Shown here: in pieces, positions 30,254-37,930 of the stretch
Layout of the letters: the number at the start of each line of letters is the position of its first letter
How positions within the stretch are numbered: position 1 is the stretch's first letter
Assembly: GCA_037130755.1 (NCBI GenBank)
Contig: JBAXSI010000001.1
Span: 75,156 to 139,155, forward strand
Length of the DNA: 64,000 bases
Direction: 5' to 3'
Origin: Actinomycetes bacterium
GTDB lineage: Bacteria > Actinomycetota > Actinomycetes > S36-B12
Translations under genes and position numbers: made by a program
Notes under the pieces: model-generated
Database searches by the model: none
Seen by the model: the letters and a program-made list of their open reading frames with translations, nothing else
Told to the model about the DNA's origin: nothing

Positions 30254-30622
30254 TCAGGCCGACTTACGCAGGGCCGGGCGGCTCTTCGTCGCGCCCTCGA
30301 GCCCGTGCAGGAGGTCCAGGCGCTCCTGAAGCAGCACCTCAAGGTCGGCGATAGTGCGCCGCTCGAGAAGCATGTCCCAATGGGTCCTTACGTGCTTGGT
30401 TGGCTTCTCCTCGGGCATTTCAGCGTCCGGTCGGGTTGAGGATCGGCCGCAGCGGCAAGACCAATCGAACGGAATCTCCTCAGCCTCGACGGAGAACGGC
30501 ACCAGCGTCTCGTGGCCTTCTGGGCACAGGTAGGCGATGACAAGTCGATCGGCCGGTGCCACGTGGGCGTCGGTCTCGTAGCTCAGGGCACCCAACCGGC
30601 TGCCGCGCATGGACTCACTCAT
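30254..30622 (-). CDS. rbpA: RNA polymerase-binding protein RbpA
   Basis: Start placed at MSESMRGSRLGALSYETD (ATG 30622). CPEGHE...CRCG core, then the basic linker and sigma-interaction helix (HVRTHWDMLLERRTIADLEVLLQERL). Confidence 0.85.
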   Translation of the reverse strand: MSESMRGSRLGALSYETDAHVAPADRLVIAYLCPEGHETLVPFSVEAEEIPFDWSCRCGRSSTRPDAEMPEEKPTKHVRTHWDMLLERRTIADLEVLLQERLDLLHGLEGATKSRPALRKSA

Positions 30623-30859
30623 GGTCTTTCCCTCTCCGTGCCGGGCCGTCCATGCTGGACGACCCTTCGTGTTGACACATATGACGCGCTTGTTATTCCC
30701 CTGGTTCCCCCTCGTCAAACCTCCGTGAGGGAATCCGCGGCCACGGAAGTTCTCGGCTTCCCACGGGGGCCGGGGGAGCCGAATGTCCGTTTTGTCAGGT
30801 TAAGCCTGGGTAAGACCTGGGCCGGCGACCGCTGTGCGTCTGGGCGGTCGACGATTGCC

Positions 30860-31741
30860 ATGCATGATGCAGCAGTGACACCGCGCACCACGACCCATCG
30901 GTTCGCTCGGAGGGCTGCGTCCCTGCTGGCGCTGATCGGCGTGCTCCTGGGCGGGGCTTCCGGGCTGGCCGGGCCCGCCCGGGCGGCTACGGCAGGTCCT
31001 TCACCCGTGATCCACGTCCAATCGGACCGGACGGTGCGGGCCCACAGGCCCGTTCACGTATCCGTGCTCAGGTTGAGCAGCGGCAGGTCCGTCACGGTCG
31101 CCTGGGGGGATGGGGCCAGCACCAAGGTCGCCAGCCGCTGCACGGCCGTCTCGGCCCGTAGGCATCCGATGCGGTGTTCAGCGAACGTGAAGCACGCCTA
31201 CGCCGAACCGGGCGCATTCACGATCGTGGTCTCAGGGGCCTCACGTACCGTCCTCCGCGCGGTCATGCGCGTGTCGGCCGCAAGTCCCACAGCCGGCACC
31301 GACGCGGCGCCGCGCACGGCAACGTCAGTTCCCGCCGACACATCGTGGCAGGACCAGATGCTCGCGCGCATCAACGACCTGCGCTCTGCTGTCGGCGCCC
31401 CGCCGCTCGCGCTGTGCGCGCGACTGACCAAGACGGCCCAGGACTACGCGACGCTCATGGCCTCGACGGGGCACTACGGCCATGTGGGGCCGGATGGAAG
31501 CGAGCCGTGGGATCGAATGTCGGCACACGGATATCACTGGAGCAAGGCCGCCGAGAACATCGCAGCTGGATACGACGGCGTCGACAGCGTCATGACGGGG
31601 TGGCGCAATTCACCCGGCCACTACGCCAACATCATCGACGCATCCTTAGAGCATGTGGGCTTCGGCACGGCGACCAACACATCAAGCCAGTACGGGACCT
31701 ACTGGGTCCAGAACTTCGGACAGGGCGGCACCTGCTCGTGA
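30860..31741 (+). CDS. Secreted PKD-like plus CAP/SCP-domain protein
   Basis: Start placed at MHDAAVTPR (ATG 30860) before a hydrophobic signal segment (LLALIGVLLGGASGLAGPARA). PKD-like VTVAWGDG...HAYAEPGAFTIVV. CAP domain GHYGHVGPDG...ENIAAGY...WRNSPGHYANI...YWVQNFG. Confidence 0.75.
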   Translation: MHDAAVTPRTTTHRFARRAASLLALIGVLLGGASGLAGPARAATAGPSPVIHVQSDRTVRAHRPVHVSVLRLSSGRSVTVAWGDGASTKVASRCTAVSARRHPMRCSANVKHAYAEPGAFTIVVSGASRTVLRAVMRVSAASPTAGTDAAPRTATSVPADTSWQDQMLARINDLRSAVGAPPLALCARLTKTAQDYATLMASTGHYGHVGPDGSEPWDRMSAHGYHWSKAAENIAAGYDGVDSVMTGWRNSPGHYANIIDASLEHVGFGTATNTSSQYGTYWVQNFGQGGTCS

Positions 31742-31751
31742 CCGGGCCGAC

Positions 31752-32888
31752 TCACAGCCAGTCGCGACGCTTGAACACGGTGTACAGCGAGATACAGACG
31801 GCCGCCATCATCCCCAGCGCAAGGGGATAGCCCCACACCTTGTCGAGCTCGGGCATGAACTGGAAGTTCATTCCGTAGATCGTCCCGATAAGTGTTGGTG
31901 CGAAAAGGATTGCGGCCCATGCGGAGATCTTCTTGACCTCGACGTTCTGCTCGTTGCTTGCGATCGTCAGTGCTCGCATCTCCTCGTTCTGCTGCTGCGC
32001 GACCATGGTCGCGTTGACGGTGAGCATGTCGCGGAGCAGCAGTTGGAAGCCCTCTACGCGTTCGGTGACCTGGATGTTGTGGTCCGCAACGTCGCGCAGC
32101 GAGCGCTGCAGTTCCTCGCCCACGCCGTACTTGTCGAAGCCGCCCTCGAGTGCCTCGAAGATGCCGATGAGGGGGAGGGTCGCTCGCTTGAACTCGATGA
32201 CCTCGCGCGAGAGCTCGTAGATGCGACGTGACACCTCCGGGTCTCCGGAGAAGACCTCGCTCTCGATCTCGTCGATGTCGTTCTCCAGGCCAGTCACGAC
32301 TGGCAGGTAGCCATCGACGACCCGGTCGAGCATTGCGTACAGGACGGCCTCCGGTCCCAGCGCCAGGAGCTCGGGATCCTCCTCGAGTCCAGACCGTACG
32401 CCGGACAGGTCCGGCGACTCGCTGTGCCGCATGCTGATGACGAAGTTGGGACCGACGAAGACGTGCAGTTCGCCGAACTCCACCTCCTCGACGTCGTCGA
32501 GATAGCGGGCGGCGCTGAGGACCACGAAGAGGGTGTCGCCGTAGCGCTCCAGCTTCGGTCGCTGATGCGCGACGATCGCATCCTCAACGGCCAGCTCGTG
32601 GAGCGAGAACTCCTCCGCGAGCGAGATGACCTCCTCCGGGCTCGGCCGGTAGAGGCCGATCCAGGCGAAGGCGTTCTCGTCCTCGTGCAGGTCCTCGTAC
32701 ACCTCGGCGAGGGTCTTGGGCTCGGCGACCCGGACGCCGTCGCGATAGACCGCAAGATTGACAACGCTTGTGTTGGGGGAGAAGGCGACTGCCGGCGACA
32801 GGACCGGGCGGCTGGGCTCAAGGGTGGCGTGACGACGACGCCCCCGCGCTCCGCGCAGGCTAGACAGCATTCGATCGCGCATCTTCAC
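31752..32888 (-). CDS. corA: CorA-family magnesium/cobalt transporter
   Basis: 378 aa. YGMNF (GMN motif) before the last TM. The exact start among several N-terminal Met codons is uncertain. Confidence 0.85.
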   Translation of the reverse strand: MKMRDRMLSSLRGARGRRRHATLEPSRPVLSPAVAFSPNTSVVNLAVYRDGVRVAEPKTLAEVYEDLHEDENAFAWIGLYRPSPEEVISLAEEFSLHELAVEDAIVAHQRPKLERYGDTLFVVLSAARYLDDVEEVEFGELHVFVGPNFVISMRHSESPDLSGVRSGLEEDPELLALGPEAVLYAMLDRVVDGYLPVVTGLENDIDEIESEVFSGDPEVSRRIYELSREVIEFKRATLPLIGIFEALEGGFDKYGVGEELQRSLRDVADHNIQVTERVEGFQLLLRDMLTVNATMVAQQQNEEMRALTIASNEQNVEVKKISAWAAILFAPTLIGTIYGMNFQFMPELDKVWGYPLALGMMAAVCISLYTVFKRRDWL

Positions 32889-32927
32889 CCCTCCCGAGCC
32901 AAGTACATCACCCCTGAGAGATCGGGG

Positions 32928-34358
<1,431 letters not shown>

Positions 34359-34374
34359 CTAAACCTAGGGGCCG

Positions 34375-34407
34375 ATGCCTGCGGAGTGACGACCGCCCCG
34401 CAGGCAT
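34375..34407 (-). terminator. Perfect 10-bp-stem hairpin after the Cys-rich secreted-protein gene
   Basis: ATGCCTGCGG (34375..34384), a 13-nt loop, then CCGCAGGCAT (34398..34407). It lies 10 nt past the stop at 34417. No U-tract, which is common in high-GC actinobacteria. Confidence 0.45.
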
Positions 34408-34416
34408 GCGCAGTCG

Positions 34417-35295
34417 CTAGTTGGTGTCGCAGGCGTTGGCCCAGATGCCGGCAGGCACCGGGGAGTCAGCCGGCCGCTGGTCCGGATGCCCGCTGACCGG
34501 TGTGCCGCACACCTGGCTGCGGTTCTTGGGAATCCAGAACTGGCCTTCCGCCTCGAAGACGTCGGTCACGCCGATGTCGTGGCCCTTGCCGTCACCGATT
34601 GTCGCGAAGGCGTACGCCCAGCCGCTGTCGCATTGGAACTTGTCGACCGAGACGAGGACCTCAGCCTTGGGCAGCCCGGCCGCGATGACGTCGCTGAAGC
34701 CCGTCTGCGTGCAGGTAGCGGTGCCGCCGATCACCGAGGGGGCCGCAACGGGCTTCATCGACTTCGCGACCTTCAGCAGCGCCGCGAAGCTCAACGGCTT
34801 CGACCCGAACGTCTGCAGTACGACATCGGTCGAGCGCAGCTTGCCGTAGGCAGGCAGGCGCACGGACAGGGCGCCGCCGTACTTGGCCATGTCATTGCGC
34901 GAGCAGTTCTTCGACTGGGTCGCATTCGACAGGTCGCAGAAGACCGTGACGTGCGCCTTGGCGCCGAGCACCGAGACCGTGCCCAACGACTTCCCCGCGC
35001 CCACCGGATCGCTGCAGATGGGCCGGCCCTCGACGATGTCCAGAGGCGTGGTCCGCTGCCTGCCGTAGGCAGCGACCATGTTCTGCTCCGTGCCGACCGG
35101 GCATGCGGACTGGCTTCCGGTTCGGGTCAGCTTGAGCCCGGCGGTGTACAGCGGTTGATAGACCGTGTAGGTGACGCCCACCTGGAGATCCTCATACGGG
35201 TTGCCAGAGCCCATGGCGTGCGCCGGTGCGCCCGGCACCAAGCCGATCGATGAACCAAGGACCACTGCCATTGCCAGCCGCAGAATGGTGCGCAT
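34417..35295 (-). CDS. Secreted Cys-rich protein of unrecognised family
   Basis: Start placed at MRTILRLAMAVVLGSSIGLVPGAPAHA (ATG 35295). Signal peptide and 10 Cys in the mature part. I can name no family motif. Confidence 0.6.
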   Translation of the reverse strand: MRTILRLAMAVVLGSSIGLVPGAPAHAMGSGNPYEDLQVGVTYTVYQPLYTAGLKLTRTGSQSACPVGTEQNMVAAYGRQRTTPLDIVEGRPICSDPVGAGKSLGTVSVLGAKAHVTVFCDLSNATQSKNCSRNDMAKYGGALSVRLPAYGKLRSTDVVLQTFGSKPLSFAALLKVAKSMKPVAAPSVIGGTATCTQTGFSDVIAAGLPKAEVLVSVDKFQCDSGWAYAFATIGDGKGHDIGVTDVFEAEGQFWIPKNRSQVCGTPVSGHPDQRPADSPVPAGIWANACDTN

Positions 35296-35367
35296 CAGAC
35301 CTCCAGAATCGTCCCCCTGCGGGAATGCTCGCATGGCTGCGCGGGGGAGTCGCGCTGTTGGTCGGGC

Positions 35368-35523
35368 CTATTCCGACGGTGGAACGGCGGGCCTAAGCCA
35401 AGCCATGCCCACCGCGAAGGCGCCCACGACGATGGCGGGGAACACCACCCCGGCCAGGAGGAGCGCGGACGCTCCCGCCGCCAGCGCAATGCTCGCCGGT
35501 CGGCTCACTCGGGCGAGGTTCAC
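35368..35523 (-). CDS. Possible 51-aa hydrophobic small protein
   Basis: GTG at 35523. VNLARVSRPASIALAAGASALLLAGVVFPAIVVGAFAVGMAWLRPAVPPSE. About 44 of 52 third positions are G/C, which is coding-like. It lies in the divergent gap between the Cys-rich protein gene and the first b5 gene. No homology is recognised. Confidence 0.3.
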   Translation of the reverse strand: MNLARVSRPASIALAAGASALLLAGVVFPAIVVGAFAVGMAWLRPAVPPSE

Positions 35524-35628
35524 GGGGAGATTGTGTCGGACCGGTGTGACAGGCGCCGGAAATCTGGACAGAACGGACCCAGACGTCAGAATTCCGCACT
35601 TCCGGCTGACCTTTCGTACACTGCCAGC

Positions 35629-36498
35629 ATGAGCAACGCAAAGACCCGACTCCGCGTCCTGGCCTCCGCAGCCTCCATCGCCGCCGCAGCCACACTCGTG
35701 GCACCGAGCGCCGCCCGTGCGGAGACCGTGTACACCTTCGCCGACGTACAGAAGCACGCGACACAGCAGGACTGCTGGTCGATCGTCAATGGCGGCGTCT
35801 ACAACCTGACGAACTTCATCCCGCGGCACGAGGGTGGATCCAAAGTGATCATCGCCATGTGCGGCATCGACGGCAGCTCGTCCTACAACGGTCGGCACGG
35901 CCGCAGCCAAGGCGAGGAGAACGAACCCGCGCGGGCGTTGGCGCAATACCGGATCGGCGTGCTGGACCCGAGTTCCGTCCCGTCCGCCACGACGAACTAC
36001 ACGATGACGCAGGTCGCCGCCCACAACTCCGCTGGCGACTGCTGGTCGGTTGTCAGCGGCAAGGTCTACAACCTGACCGCCTGGATTCCCAAGCATATTG
36101 GTGGGCCCGGTGTGATCACGTCCATGTGCGGCATCGACGGCACGAGCCTGTACAACAGCAAGCATCAGGGCTCTGCGAGCGCCGCCGGTGCGCTTGCCAA
36201 CTACGTGATCGGAACCCTCAGCGGTTCGTCGACGGCGACCCCGTCCACCCCCACCGCCCCCAAGAAGACCTACACGATGAAGCAGGTCAAGAAGCACCGC
36301 TCGGCGACCGACTGCTGGACCGTCGTCAACAAGGGCGTCTACAACGTGACCGCGTGGATCCCCAAGCACCCGGGCGGCTCAGCAGTGGTCGTCTCCATGT
36401 GCGGCAAGAAGGCAACGGCCCTGTACAAGACCCAACATGCGGGGGATGCCGCCGCGGCGAGCGTTCTCAAGGGCTACCGGATCGGACGAATCGCCTAA
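35629..36498 (+). CDS. Exported protein with three cytochrome b5-like heme-binding modules
   Basis: Start placed at MSNAKTRLRVLASAASIAAAATLVAPSAARA (ATG 35629). Three modules carry DCW...VYNLT..IP.H(E/I/P)GG...MCG.(D/K)(G/A)...(N/K)..H..., the HPGG-type plus second-His signature of the b5 fold. Confidence 0.85.
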   Translation: MSNAKTRLRVLASAASIAAAATLVAPSAARAETVYTFADVQKHATQQDCWSIVNGGVYNLTNFIPRHEGGSKVIIAMCGIDGSSSYNGRHGRSQGEENEPARALAQYRIGVLDPSSVPSATTNYTMTQVAAHNSAGDCWSVVSGKVYNLTAWIPKHIGGPGVITSMCGIDGTSLYNSKHQGSASAAGALANYVIGTLSGSSTATPSTPTAPKKTYTMKQVKKHRSATDCWTVVNKGVYNVTAWIPKHPGGSAVVVSMCGKKATALYKTQHAGDAAAASVLKGYRIGRIA

Positions 36499-36546
36499 TT
36501 GGCCTAGCGTTACAACATATGCAGGATCGTCTGGTTTGATCTGCCC

Positions 36547-37695
36547 GTGAACACCACAGCCACGATCGTGACCTCCGTCCTTGCAGACAACCCGTTCTTC
36601 CTGATCACCGGGCTGCCGGTGCACACGCTCATCGTGCACTTCGCGGTGTCGATGATTCCGCTGTCGGCCATCGCGCTGATCGCGATCGTCCTGGTCCCGA
36701 AGTGGCGCGGGGCCTTCTTGTGGGCCACGCTCATCGGCCTCACCATCGGGACCGGGGCGGCCTTCATCTCCAAGCTGTCCGGACAGGCACTAGCTGCCGT
36801 GGTCGGTGTTTCCCAGACGCATTCCAAGTGGGGCGACATCCTGCCTTGGCTCTCGCTGCTCTTGCTCGTCGTCGCGCTCATGTGGGCATGGGTCTCGCGG
36901 CATGCCGCGAAGCAGGATCCCGCACCGACGATCTCGCTGGGCAAAGGCCCGCAGCTGGCCTTGGGGCTCATCGCCATCGTGCTTTCCGTCGCAGCATTCG
37001 CACTGACGGTCGTCGTCGGCCACACCGGCGCAGGCGCCGTCTGGGAGTCGCGCAGCCTCGACACCGAGAACACCGAGGACACCTCCACCGCACCCTCGTC
37101 GAGCGCCGTTCCGGCGCCCTCGTCCTCCGCCGGCGCGGCTGGCGGCCTCACCCTGGCGGACGTGAAGGCGCACTCGACTCCGCAGGACTGCTGGAGCCTG
37201 GTCAGCGGCCAGGTCTACGACCTCACCTCATGGATCTCCCAGCACCCGGGCGGCCCCGGCGTCATCGAGGCCATGTGCGGCAAGGACGGCACGGCGGCGT
37301 ACGAGGGCAAGCACGGCGGCTCGGCCAGCGCCGGCGCCGCTCTCGCCGGGCTGGCGGTCACCCCGGCTGGTGGGGGAGCGGCCTCGGCTGCCCCGGCCAG
37401 CTCGGCCGCCGCGGTCGCCTCAACGGCGCCGGCAGCCTCTGCTGCTGCCACGGGTGCCGCTGCCGCGATCACGATTGCCGAAGTGGAGAAGCACGCCACA
37501 CCGCAGGACTGCTGGTCGGTTGTCGACGGCTTGGTCTACGACCTCACCCCGTGGATCCCGCAGCATCCGGGCGGCCCCGGCGTCATCGAGGCCATGTGCG
37601 GCGTCGACGGAACCTCCCTGTACAACAGTCAGCACGGCGGCTCGCCGCAGGTCGCGAGCCTCCTGCCGACGTTCGAGGTCGGAACCCTCGGCTGA
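36547..37695 (+). CDS. Membrane protein: 4-TM His-containing (DUF2231-like) anchor fused to two cytochrome b5-like modules
   Basis: 382 aa, GTG start. Four hydrophobic helices in the first 165 aa, Ala/Ser linkers, then two modules (WISQHPGGPGVIEAMCGKDG...GKHGG; WIPQHPGGPGVIEAMCGVDG...SQHGG). Confidence 0.85.
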   Translation: MNTTATIVTSVLADNPFFLITGLPVHTLIVHFAVSMIPLSAIALIAIVLVPKWRGAFLWATLIGLTIGTGAAFISKLSGQALAAVVGVSQTHSKWGDILPWLSLLLLVVALMWAWVSRHAAKQDPAPTISLGKGPQLALGLIAIVLSVAAFALTVVVGHTGAGAVWESRSLDTENTEDTSTAPSSSAVPAPSSSAGAAGGLTLADVKAHSTPQDCWSLVSGQVYDLTSWISQHPGGPGVIEAMCGKDGTAAYEGKHGGSASAGAALAGLAVTPAGGGAASAAPASSAAAVASTAPAASAAATGAAAAITIAEVEKHATPQDCWSVVDGLVYDLTPWIPQHPGGPGVIEAMCGVDGTSLYNSQHGGSPQVASLLPTFEVGTLG

Positions 37696-37726
37696 GCCCG
37701 GTGGATCGGCGCGGTCCACTACGCCC

Positions 37727-37803
37727 TACCGGAAACCGGCATTGGGGATGTACCGGGATATTCCCCTCAGGAATCTCTGCATACCGGGCATACGATTTAC
37801 CGG
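37727..37803 (+). repeat. Four TACCGG direct repeats in the leader of the 8-module gene
   Basis: TACCGG at 37727, 37751, 37782 and 37798 (contexts cTACCGGAAA, gTACCGGGAT, aTACCGGGCA, tTACCGGAAT), in a locally lower-GC intergenic stretch. Function unknown. Confidence 0.5.
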
Positions 37804-37930
37804 AATCTTGGATTCCTCAGACATCGCCCTTGGGCGCCCCTACCTAGGTTGACGGGGACTGATGTTGTCCGTCGTTCGCTCGCGCGCCTGCGGGGGAGCG
37901 GGCGGATCGGGTCACGAGGCTAGGGGCGCA

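Noticed and set aside
37862-37930. Upstream ATG (MLSVVRSRACGGAGGSGHEARGA) as the start of the 8-module gene
   Set aside because: The ATG at 37931 gives a normal signal peptide (MNLFQTGLGRVVMGAALPLAVIAGVMTASASS). The 23-aa extension would bury it. The alternative cannot be excluded without N-terminal data.
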